Program-made: the position numbers and the translations under genes | Assembly (NCBI GenBank): GCA_951804945.1 | Contig: OX638152.1 | Span: forward strand, 58,466,001-58,530,000 | Source: Podarcis cretensis | Lineage: Eukaryota | Direction of reading: 5' to 3' | DNA length: 64,000 nt | Notes under the pieces: model-generated | The model's database searches: none | What the model saw: the letters and a program-made list of their open reading frames with translations, nothing else | What the model was told of the DNA's origin: nothing | Shown: positions 35,626 to 48,043 of the stretch, piece by piece | How the letters are laid out: every line of letters begins with the position of its first letter | Position numbering within the stretch: position 1 is the first letter of the stretch

Positions 35626-38625
35626 CTCCTTCTTTTGCCATCCTCAGATTTAATTGTTCTTTCCCCCCAATTCCTTCCTGCTTTGAAGTAATTATTTTCC
35701 CCTTATTGCCCCACCATGGAATTAACTGCTCTTTTCCCTTGATGCAGCCCGCTCCCCATAAATTGCTTTCCCTCCAACCCCAAAAGGAACCCACTGGCCT
35801 TCTTCTCCCTTCGCCTGCCCCCCAATTCAAAAGGCATTGTAATGCCATGTAAATGCATTGTGTCTTACACAAACAAGTTTTATTAATAAAACAGTAACTC
35901 AAGTCGGTTGGACTCCAGACAATCAAAGTGCCACACTGTGATTCAATTAAAAAGAGTTCTGCTCTGCACAACTACCTGCATGCTGCTGTGATGAGTCACT
36001 GAGGGAGGGACTGCCCCTCCCTCAGATGACTCAGAGCTGCAGTATGCAGGAGGTTCATGCAATTCCCTGCTAGAACCACTAACAGCAAATATATATATAT
36101 ATCATGCAGCTTTACCAATCTGGTGTTCTCCAGATGTTTTGGAGTACAGCTCTTGCCAGTCCCAGCCAGAACAGCCATGTCCAAAATGTTTGGAAGACAC
36201 CAGAACAGGGAAGGATAGTCGAATGCTCCACCACAGACTGAAGTTATACCAGAGGGAGCCATTTTGCCAGGCTGCAACACCACAAATTTATTCCTATTTT
36301 TTTCTGAATAGGGCAATATGAACTCATGGTTGATGCACATTGCCTGGAATAGGAGGGAAATGCACATGCCCAATTATTTCTAAATGTAAACAGGCAGCAG
36401 CTTCTCCTTGGAAAGCCAATTTCTATTTGCACTTGAGCTCTATTACTAAGGAAGGAATTGTGGCAGTACTTCAGATTCAAAAGGAAGCATAACATATAGG
36501 AATTGTATTAATTCAGTGTTATTACAGCATGCAGCATTAATGTAGTTCTGCTGCAGAACCAGGTTCTGTGGTTAATGAATAACTTTGCAGTGCTGGAAGG
36601 AACCAAGCCTATCTCATTTCCAGAGCTTCAAAGGTGCACCCAACCCTGATGGAGGCAGGTACTGACTAAGGTATGGAGACTCAGAAGAGCCCAGACAGTT
36701 AACTAGGTTTTTTCCAAAGAGCTTGTGTTGACTGATGAAGCCTTTCCCTTTTTAAAACATACATACTGGTGGGTTGAGTTCAGACAGTTATTACAGTATC
36801 CTCTGCCGCCAGTGTAAAATGTGATCTTATTCATTATTTGGGAGAGAGATTGGAATGAAATGTCAAAAACAAAAAACAAAAAAATGTTTTTCTTCACTTG
36901 GCACAAAGAGTTCATAATCCGTTTGCATACACTCTGCAACAGCATGGAAATTGTCTCCCCCTGAGCAATAATTATGGATTAGGTGATGTCAATATTTCTC
37001 AAAGAGATAAAGCAGGAGTGGCCATCTCCCAGTCGGTGGACCACATTCAGGGCCCCAATAATCTGACTACAGTACAGTGTCAGCAGTTCATTACTTTTTT
37101 TGGGTAGCTGATGCTGTTGAGCCCCACTGGAGCTTGTTATTCTATACATCTCCCCTTCCCCATATCCTTTGACCCCAACTCCAAAACATTGCTTGCCATG
37201 GGATACTGTTATTACAAGAGCATTGGCTGAAAACTGTGAAAAGTAAGGAAGAACAGAACTTCCTGTATTGTGGAGCAGTGGAATCAGTTCAAAAACAGTC
37301 CTATATCTAGCCATGATGTATCATTGGCTGTGAATTCATCTATATTTCATTTTACTGTTCACTAGTATTACATGTAAAACTGAACATGTTATGACTACAG
37401 AAACCTGGGTCTCCTCCCTTTCCCCATCAAAAAGACTGCTGTTTACAATACTCTTTGAAATGCCTATTGACTTTATTAGCTGTGCATTACTTCTCATAGT
37501 CCAGCATTTGGGGTGTCCCTCTGCCCCTGGGCTAATATGATTCCCCCATTCATTGGGACAACGCTGGCTTTTTAAAAGAAAGAAAAAATACCTGATGTAT
37601 TGCACAGAAATTTTTGGAAATTTGTATTACTGTCTTGCTCCAAGGGCTCAGTTTATCATTTTTAGGAGCATGCCAAATTGCACATGGTGGTTTGGGACAG
37701 TACCTTTTTTTAATTGCAGATAATTACATGGCAGACTCTAATGAGTCAGTGGAAGGTTTTTCCCCTCCCTGCATTCCAATGAATTCATATGGGTGTGGAA
37801 GGGAAAGGAAGACTTGAGAAATAGTGTATTGGCAGAAAGACACAGATGTTGATTCTGAAGTATTACTATATAAGGCTTTTACTGACAATGGTACTTTCTT
37901 CCATGCTGAATTTGTAAGGGAGCCAATCACATTTCACCCAAAACTAGCCCTCAGCAGAACAATGGGACATGTGCTTTCAAACTAGCTGACTTGAACATAT
38001 CCTCTACAAAGAATCCTACACTTGCATCTCTTTTTATTCCTTTAAACTTATGGAACAAATATACAGCCAAACTCATTAAAAGGCAGATCCTATAAAATGC
38101 CATGGAAAAGTGGATGTTGCACAGAGGGTGCAACACTTTAAAAATGCACTGTGAGTGGTGTTCTATTTATGTCTGCTGATACTTTTCTCAGCTTGTTTTT
38201 CCAATACAAAGCCATGTCCCACCTTGGCAGAGTATTTTGCAAAAGGTAACCAGCTCTCATTCACTGTAAGAAAATCAACCAATAAAAGCAGTTGCCTCCA
38301 GGCAAATTTCTTGTCTTCATTATCAGAAATAGAAGCACATATGCTTGTTTCTAAATAAACAGCATGCTCTCTGCATTTCTCAAATAGTAGACCTCGTTTC
38401 AGTCTACAACGATACAAGCCATTTTTCACTCTTTGACACAGCATATTCCACTTACTACATAAACCAGGTGTAAGCAACATGGTGTCCTCCAGACATAGTT
38501 GGACTTCTACTCCCTTACTAATGTTAAAAATAAACTTTTTAGAAAGTACAAAATTAAGCTGTCACATTGAAAAAAACAAAGATGTTAGATTTTTAGCTTC
38601 TTTGTATTGATAGATTTTATATGTA

Positions 38626-38867
38626 CAGTAGTACCTCGGGTTACATAAACTTCAGGTTACATACGCTTCAGGTTACAGACTCCACTAACCTAGAAATAGT
38701 ACCTCGGGTTAAGTACTTTGCTTCCGGATGAGAACAGAAATCGTGCTCCGGCGGTGCAGCGGCAGCAGGAGGCCCCATTAGCTAAAGTGGTGCTTCAGGT
38801 TAAGAACAGTTTCAGGTTAAGAATGGACCTCTGGAACGAATTAAGTACGTAACCCGATGTACTACTG
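38626..38867 (-). mobile_element. Tigger/pogo-like MITE, copy 3
   Basis: TIR CAGTAGTAC...GTACTACTG with TA TSD. Reverse orientation relative to copies 1 and 2. Confidence 0.92.
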
Positions 38868-39881
38868 TACATAGCTTAAATCAACAAAAGCCATATTTGG
38901 TCATATACCAAATGATGGAAGAACATTACTGTATCAGTTAGACATTGGGACTACTATCTGAATAGTTCCGTTGGAAATGGCTAGGGACCAAAGAATTTTG
39001 TTGGGATTTTTCTTTCTAAAGTTGGAGACTGTGGATGATAGTCAATATTAGTCAGACAGTAAACTCATTGAAATCATTGGGTCTCCCATGACACAACTTG
39101 GTTGGCTATCACTGAAGAAATTGAAATTTATTGAATATTTGATGCCGATTCCTATAAGCTAATGGCATAGTTGTGACTAAAAGCAACCCCCAATTTGCAC
39201 AGGGGTTGCATTCCTGGGTCACACGCATGTCAGTGGAGTGTACATAAGCCCACCCCACCCATATTACGCCTTGTTATGCCCCCTGTTCTGCCCTCTTCTG
39301 GGTCCAAACAACCCATGCACCGGCTGTCGACCATCAATTAAACATGTGCAAAATGGTCTCTGTCTGTATTTTTAAAAATCTATAAATAAAGATTTTGTAA
39401 AAGATACAAAAATGTTCTATATATTTGGAGAGAGGAGTCTTTTGGTGACACTACAGATTGGTGACACCACAGATTGCAGCAATCAGGACCATCCAGAGCC
39501 AATTGCTGATGCAAACTTGCAAAGCCCTCTTTCCTGTGGTGTTTACCCCAGAAGATGAATGGCATGTTTGCACTGAATGCAATGAGAGAGATTTCATATT
39601 GGCCTCGCTGCTCTGGAAGTGTTACATCTGATTTCACTGCCAGATTTCAGTATCAAGTTATCGCCAGTTTAAAACTTGCACAGCTTACCTTGCAGACTTT
39701 TTAGGAGCTCAGATTCCTGCTAAGTCAGGCAAGTGCATACCACAGAAATGTCAGCTAGACGTTGAAATGCAGAATAGAATGAGAGGAGTGGAATCTGTGC
39801 CAGGAGACGGTCACAGGAGTATAAGATGGTCACCAGGGGCCCACAAACTGTGGCTGAGTTTAGTAGCCAACCATTCTTTTT

Positions 39882-40149
39882 GAGAGCCAGTGTGGTGTAG
39901 TGGTTAAGAGCGGTAGTCTCGTAATCTGGGGAACCGGGTTCGCGTCTCCGCTCCTCCACATGCAGCTGCTGGGTGACCTTGGGCCAGTCACACTTCTTTG
40001 AAGTCTCTCAGCCCCACTCACCTCACAGAGTGTTTGTTGTGGGGGAGGAAGGGAAAGGAGAATGTTAGCCGCTTTGAGACTCCTGAAGGGGAGTGAAAGG
40101 CGGGATATCAAATCCAAACTCCTCCTCCTCCTCTTCTTCTTCTTCTTCT

Positions 40150-40201
<52 letters not shown>

Positions 40202-40204
40202 TTC
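39882..40204 (+). mobile_element. tRNA-derived SINE (Squam3-like), copy 3, with (CTC)/(TTC)n tail
   Basis: Full head GAGAGCCAGTGTGGTGTAGTGGTTAAGAGC. Possible TSD TAGTAGCCA at 39861-39869 and 40205-40213. Confidence 0.9.
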
Positions 40205-40307
40205 TAGTAGCCAGTTGTTAGTTAAGTCTAATCTTATTGCAATAATGCCTGCAACACTAAGATAATTTCTAGACTTATAATCAGAACTAAAGCAGTGAAA
40301 GGAATGC

Positions 40308-40352
<45 letters not shown>

Positions 40353-40372
40353 GATAGATATAGATAGATAGA
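40308..40372. repeat. (GATA)n microsatellite
   Basis: Seen directly in the sequence. Confidence 0.95.
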
Positions 40373-42450
40373 GGCTACAGTACTAGCGTATGTGCTGCAA
40401 GCATTTCCATTTTCAGGGTCCCTTGCCAGCTCCTCCTCCTGTTGCCATGCTGACAGCCCAATCCTGAGCAGAGCAGAGGTTTTCAGCCTGACAACACATG
40501 GTCATTTGGCTCCTCTATCACTCTGCAGGATGAAAAATGTAAGTACTGTCGATGAGCTGGCAAGTGCATTTGTGGATCACTGATGTAATCTCTCAAATTA
40601 ATACTAGCAGGGGAGACAGTTAAGAGTATCCCTTGGGAAATCAGGGCCTACCAAATTCAACCCTGTACTGGCCATAACAATAAATGATCTATCTGAATGT
40701 CTTGTCTCTGTCAAGACTTTCAGTAGATGTTGGGTTCTTGGGTGGGGGTGTTCCCCTATAGTTGAACTCATAAATTATAGTACATGCAGTCAGTGCTGGA
40801 GATAGCCTTGTGATATCTTGTTAAACATTGTGCCTTACGTTCCATACTATGCTGAAACAAGGTACGTGCTGTTTTGTCCCAGCTATGTACAGCAAAGGCA
40901 TAGAATGCTAACCATCTATTACTTGTAACTGTACTATTAGGGTTTTAAGATAATATTATTTTCACAAAGTTTCTTAACATTTACAGGCAAACTAAATATT
41001 TACTATCAAAGTCCTTTGTACCAGGACTCCCTTCACACGTCAGCTACGGACAATAAGCCCAAATCACACACCACAGCCTGAGAGATAAGCATGGGAATAA
41101 GAATATTTGCATTGGTGTAGGGCATAGTCACAGAAACCAGGGATGCTGGAGGTGAGCGTGTGAGGCATTCCACTGAGGCTCTGGTGAGTGATTCCAACTT
41201 CAGTTTTGGAGTGAGAGTGCAAGATGACATGTTTGCTGAGCAGTCCACAAGACCAGAAATCTTTTCTCTATCATCACTATCTCTCTCTCTTTTTTTTAGT
41301 AGAGATAAAACCCATCCATTCTAAGAATGGCAAAACAGAGGGCTTTAGACTTAAAGATGTTTATCTACCAGCAAAACACTGTTTGAACGCTGAATAAAAC
41401 ACAATCTGAGGCATGTGGGAATAAGATGGCTATGCATTCATCTGGTGCACTATTCTATCTCTAACCCAACAATGAGAGAAAATATTAACAGACTTTTGAT
41501 GCCCGTTGCAAAATTAGTATTGCAAGCTGAAAATGGCCATGAAGGGCAATTTTTTTAAAAAAAAACCTATTATACTATTTGAACGTTCTACAGGCACCAT
41601 ATTTAGGCTTAAGAGAATGGGGGGGGGGAGAGTCATCTAAAGGAGGCACTAAAAATATGCAGCAATGGAATTTTATATGGCAATTTTATATCCCACAATC
41701 CCTCTTATGTGGCCTTCCTGCCATCCTGCTCTGTATCCTGACTCCTGAGCACCCAACCAACACAATACTCACCTAACCACTCCCCATTTACACATTCAGC
41801 CACACTATTCAGACCCCACCATGCAACAAATTCCCTACATCCACATGCCCTGACAACCCACCCTTACTCCACACACCACTGGCTCTGAAATACTGTACCA
41901 CTGACCTCCTATAATACTTTAATCACTCATTAGAAAACAGCTTCACCAACAGGAAGATAATATTCCTCACAAAATGCCAGGCACCAAAAGAATCTCTCCA
42001 TCCAAACAATCTTATTCTCTCCTCCCACCCTTCTAATATGTGACATCCAACTCTCTCTAACTACCCATCACAATCTCACCCTAGCCTGCTGCTCTCACCT
42101 GATACCAGATACTATCAGCTCTTCTGCAGAAATATAAACCAAGCCAAACCTTTCTGGGTGCTCCTAGTGAGAGGGAACTCACACAAATGTTGCATAGATG
42201 GCACTACAGACTGGATGACTGTATAGCAGGAATGCCAGTGGACTTTTAAGCAAAGCAGAAATTTTATCTCTCTTTTCAGAGGCAGGTGTTGTTGGTAAGA
42301 GAAATGACTAAAGTAACAGGTAAAAAACATATGCAAGTATCCTAAATTACTGATGTATTTTTGTAGGTGACAGTGTTTTAAAAATTATTAACATTTGTGG
42401 CTGTGGTGGCATATTTGATGGTATCACAATACTGGAAAAAACCAAGCTGG

Positions 42451-42497
<47 letters not shown>

Positions 42498-43419
42498 TAG
42501 TGGCAGAAAAATTCACCCACCAGCTTCTCTTAATCTCTGGAAAAACAAAACAGGACTCCTTTAATGCAACATGGTCAGCTTTTATTTCTTATACAAATAT
42601 CAGAGGCAGTGCAAGACCTCTTCCAGACAAGTACAGAAAAATTTGGATCGATAGTTAATGTGTCTAACATTCCATCAGTTAAATCATTCGAGTGAATAGT
42701 GAATGCTTTTAGGTGTGTACGACAGAATAAAAGTTTAATAGAGATACATCCTGCAACAAGAGCAAGTGCAGACCCCATGACTGCTGGTCATTTTTGTAAT
42801 GCTGTTAATTCTGTTTTTAAAAACAATAGCCAAAAATAAAGAGGGCATCTTTTCTGTTTCTTTGCTCAGTTTCTCTCCCCCCACCACCCTTTTAGGCACT
42901 TTCTATATATAAATTGGACAATTGGGACCTGCACCCAAATGTTGTGGTGTGGAGTTTACACACTACATTTGACACCCATTTAAAAAGCATGGCTTTCTCT
43001 GATAACCCTGGAAACTTTAACCAATCACAGAGCTATAATTCCCAGAACCAACTGCAGTTTCCAGGATCCTTTGGGTGTAAATATGCTTTAAATGTATGGA
43101 ATGTACACATAGATTTCTGGAGATTCCTGGTGCAAAATTTGGATATTTTTAGCACATAATACATATAATCGTGGCAGAAAGGAACAATTGTTTTTTTAAA
43201 AAATCGAAAGATATGTTTTAACTGAAAGTGGAATTCTGAGTCAGCTCCAATGACCTGGAGACACAGATGGACAGAGCATGCTCAAAGTTAATAATTTGCA
43301 AATTCTTCTGAAGCTATGTTGGACTGATCATGGATTTCATTGCATTGGTACTTCCTAGCATTTGCCACCTGTCTACTAAGCTTCAATTTCTCTTATTGAC
43401 TGCTAATAATGATAGCTAA

Positions 43420-43783
43420 GCGGGACGCAGGTGGCGCTGTGGGTTAAAGCCTCAGCGCCTAGGGCTTGCCGATCGAAAGGTCGGCGGTTCGAATCCCTGT
43501 GGCGGGGTGCGCTCCCGCTGCTCGGTCCCAGCGCCTGCGAACCTAGCAGTTCGAAAGCACCTCCGGGTGCAAGTAGATAAATAGGGACCGCTTACCAGCG
43601 GGAAGGTAAACGGCGTTTCCGTGTGCGGCTCTGGCTCGCCAGAGCAGCGATGTCACGCTGGCCACGTGACCCGGAAGTGTCTCCGGACAGCGCTGGCCCC
43701 TGGCCTCTTAAGTGAGATGGGCGCACAACCCCAGAGTCTGTCAAGACTGGCCCGTACAGGCAGGGGTACCTTTACCTTTACCT
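43420..43783 (+). mobile_element. Sauria SINE (Squam1), full length
   Basis: Head, B box and (ACCTTT)n tail present. 13-bp TSD TAATGATAGCTAA at 43407-43419 and 43784-43796. Confidence 0.96.
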
Positions 43784-44844
43784 TAATGATAGCTAAAATG
43801 GAAGCTTCATGGGCTAAGGATTTGGGGCTTTGGATCCTGTACATACTGTCTTGCATAGTATGTAAAGTGTAAATTTAAAATATTTAAAATTCCTAACATG
43901 TATAGTTTCATTAAACAAATGAGTGCTATTTTGAGAGAACAATCCTTTTTTTTGTTTGTTTGTTCTGTCATGAATTTCATTTTGGCTATCAAATTCATGA
44001 TCGTAAATCCTAGAAGTGGAGGTTGTGCTTGGTAGTGTCTTTTCTTAAGCAAGCAAACTGCCTTTTTCTTGCTTCAAAGTCAAACCAGCACATAAGTGAG
44101 AGAAAAAAGGTGCTGGAAACTCATTTATCTCCTCCGTGGTCAAATGTTTCCATTGTCAGTGTAAAGCAAGCAGTCCTGAACTCTCCCCCTCAACCCCCAG
44201 CCCTGTGGTATTAAAGCTGGAGGTGGAAAAGTTGGCATTTTTGCTCCCATATGCAAAAGTGTTTTGAGTTGTACACGGAAATCGTTTGATCAAATGTGTT
44301 CAGGAGTATTTCATATGCTGTGTTGACTTGCATTGACATGGCACATTTCCCCACTGGGCTTCTTCTGAGGAAGTGTCATAAACCTATTTACATAGCACTT
44401 TGTAGTGCTGAGTAACTCTTGCAGCAAGTCCCGACAGACAAAATCTATCTGATGCTTCGGTTGAGACCAGTCCATGGGAACATTTTGTAGTGAAAGAGTC
44501 ATCAGGTTAGTGACTTTTCTCTCCGATATTCATGGGATCAAGTGGGCTTGTGAAAGGGCCCTTTCAGCTATAAAAAGAAGCAAGTTATCCTAGCCTGGAG
44601 AAAGTACCCTAGTAAACAAGATTCAAATGTTACTTGTCCAAATATTTGCCATTATCTGATAGCGTGAGTAAAAGCTTGTGCAGCATAGCAATTACTGCTG
44701 GCACGTAAAACAGGACTGGAAACTCCAAGCTAGTGGAATATATACACCTCTGTAAAAGCTGTGCAGAAAGGGGATTGGGAGGATAATTTTTGCTCTTGCT
44801 AATTATTAAAGAAACATTTACATGCTCAAACACTAGAGCATAAA

Positions 44845-45036
44845 AACACAAGAAGAACTTGCTGGATCAGGCCAATGGCCCATCTAGTCCAGCAACCTGT
44901 TCTCATAGTTGCCAACCAGATGCCCGTGGGAATCCTGCAAACCATTCCCAGCAACTGGTATTCAAAGGCATACTGGCTCTGATGGTGGAGGTAGAACATA
45001 GCCATTGTAGTCTTTAGCTGCTGATAGACTTATCCT
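44845..45036 (-). mobile_element. CR1-type 3' UTR fragment (older family)
   Basis: AGAAGAACTTGCTGGATCAGGCCAATGGCCCATCTAGTCCAGCA pattern, typical of sauropsid CR1 3' ends. Confidence 0.6.
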
Positions 45037-47794
45037 GCTTGGCAGTTGTTAGCAGTGGAAATAACATCTGAAGGGAACCGAACCCTGGCTTCACCATCAA
45101 AACTATTATACAATACAAAATCATCTTTAGTAGCATTCAGTTTACAGCTTCTTGTCTCTCACAGCTTTCACTTAGATCTATTTTCAGATCTATTATTTGC
45201 TGAAGTAGGGAAACTGTAGCCTTCCAGATGTTGCTGGTAATGGGCACCAGAGTCTGGTCAACATTTGGAGGGCATTTTACCAACATATAGCTTAAGTCAT
45301 AATGCCAGTGAGATTTGCTCCTTTGTATTGCATTGCAGCTGAATGTCATGGACGCAGTTCCGTTTTACATTACAACACATTTTTTTACACCACGTGTTCA
45401 CAGCTGCTTTGGTTTGTTTTCTGTGACATTTGAATTTTGGTTGCAAATTGTTGTTATTTGGAAGATAACAAAAATACTAACAAAAACATTATTACCTTCT
45501 GTGATCTTATCAAGTACCTTGGATCTTATTTTCTTTGTGGAAAGTGATTTTTTTCATATTGGGGAAAAATTGACTTTTGTTGGCACCCCAAACCACAGCA
45601 GGGACCTTCTAACTTCTTTGGGGCATTTTGGAGATTTGGATTTTAAATAAAATGCAGGAAGTGCAAAAATTGAAACATTTCTCCACAAGCTTGTCATACA
45701 TGAAAAATGCTAAAATGTGGAAACAGATACTTTTTTGCAGATTAATCTCCTAGAGGCAACTGTATGCTATTTTCATAATAAAATTGTTGCCTAGAAGACC
45801 AAAGGGAGAGAGATAAATCCCCCAAATAAATCTTAAAGGTTGCCTAGCTCCAAAATCCTTGAAGTTATCTTTCTGTAAATTGGCAGGATTCATCCAATCA
45901 GAAAGTGCTATCGTTGCTGCATATTACATCCAATTCTAACATTTTAAAAAAGTTACAGATTGTGTTTTCATTTTGGAGGATTTTTTTTAAAGGTGCCCAG
46001 CACATAGACATAGACACAGAGACACACACAAAACCCCTAAAACTATTTGTAATTTGGCAGTCTTCCACTTTTGAGAGGGTACTATGTCTGCACCTTTCAT
46101 CAAATTCTTCCAAAAAGAAAAACTACTTTGTATTTTTAAATATCCCAATAATAGTGAATGGGGGAAGAACTGTGATTTGGATTCGGCACTTGAGTCAAAT
46201 CAGACAGCTTCTGAGGTGCTTTGGAACAAATATTTCACTTTTCAAAAGTGCTAAAGGGAGCTCCAAACATATTAGTATGTTTGGAACGCTTCCTTCATTA
46301 TAAATGTAACATATATGGCTTTCTGTTTTCTGAACGATATCTGTGTTTTGTAATTGTATTTGTTACCTGCTCTTTTGTGCCTTAGGCTCTGCTTGGGATG
46401 AAGGGTGGTTTTGAAAGATATGTATAAAAGAATAAAACTGTATTTTATTTCCTTCCCCTTTTTTGCATTTATATCTTCTTATCGCTATGCAACTGGATGA
46501 GAGTCTGTGTAGCCACATTCCATATACAAAAACAACTGAAACAATTTTGTGTGACTTTTTGTCAACAGATCCCTCTTCCTAACTCACCTTTCAAATGCAC
46601 ATAAACAAAGCAATAACTCCATTAGCATCTAGTATCCTCTACCAGAGATGGATAGAACTCTTTCTGGTTCATGCAAATTTCACGTGATCTCTCCCCTGTC
46701 CACATTACTCTGCTTTTTTATAATAATAAAAATCTGCATAAAAATTTGTATTTAAATGCATCTTTAAAGACTTGTTTTTTAAAATATTATGATTATAATA
46801 TATTTATCTCAAATGTCACATTTCTAAATGTATTTTAGCCTAAAGCTAAACATATTTTTCATGCATTTTGCTATATTTTAAAGTCAAGAACTGTATCACA
46901 ACATGTGGATGACCGCAAAATCCAAAGGATGATTATACTTTGTTCTGCCTATTAGGAAGTTGTGGATCAGGTTAGTTTTTATTAGAATTTACAGAAATCC
47001 CTAAATAACACAACAAAATAGCTGAAAAAGAGCAAACATTGGTGAAGACTGCATTAAAAATGTAATTGTTTATTTTCACAAAAACTTATCCTTACTCAAC
47101 AGGGAAAGACAACTGTTGGGCCAGGGAAAGGCCAGGTGGTTCCTGGACTCTAATAGGCCCAACAGGTTAAAGTAAAATTAATTTAATATTAGATGCAGGG
47201 GATATTCCACTTTCAAATTTTCACAGTGTTTTTAGTTATGCTAAAGGTGAACTAAATTGTGTGTCTGAAGCTAACTGAATTCACACATCTTGGAGTAATC
47301 TATGACGTTTGGTTTGTGTCACAAAGAAGATCCTATACAGAAAAGATGAACATATATCCAGGGTAGTTTATAGAAGAGCAAAGAAGTTATCTTGGGTTCA
47401 CCTTCCATAGCTAGAAAACCATCTTTTTTCTGCAGCCTCCACCGTGGTACTGAAGCATGGCAAATAAAAACATCATGCAGTGATATAAAACTTAATATGA
47501 TCAGGCAACAGAAACAAATGTTTACAGAGCAAATTTGTTCTGTGCAAATGTAAAAAACAATGCCTCTCATAAGAATTCGAAAAGATATGATACCGCTTTA
47601 GACATTTTCATTTTTGGCAAAGTGTGATTGGCATTGCCTTTGATGTTGTTATGTATCCAGGAGGAATTTGGAACCGAGTAGGGTTTATAGGGGGTTGTTT
47701 ATTTTGAAGATTTCTATTTTTAAATTATCCTAATAAAGCTTCTGGCACAAAAGGGGGGGGCGCTTAAAACTACAGTTCTGCTAATAATAATATT

Positions 47795-48043
47795 GGGCTG
47801 GATCCAGTCTCACCAAGTTAAACTAAGGCCCCATTGAAATCAATCTGAAAAGTAAGATCCAATAATTTCTATTGGGACTAAGTGCACTAGCTCAGTCTTG
47901 CCTCAACCCACTGCAGTTTTCTTTGAGTGTTATTCAACTATGCTTTACTCAGCATAGACCCATTGAAATCAATGAACATGATTAAGTTAGATCCACTGAA
48001 TTCAGGGGGTCAGCTGTGAGTAAAACTTAGTTTAATGCCATCC
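47795..48043. repeat. Two adjacent ~120-bp imperfect palindromic elements (CCCATTGAAATCAAT core)
   Basis: CCCATTGAAATCAAT at ~47830 and ~47960, each with a downstream degenerate inverse. Relatives at ~9105-9190 and ~39030-39110. Confidence 0.6.

Noticed and set aside
37706-37760. Possible micro-exon after TTTTTTTAATTGCAG
   Set aside because: The donor is weak (GTTTTT), the peptide is unrecognised and there are no partner exons.
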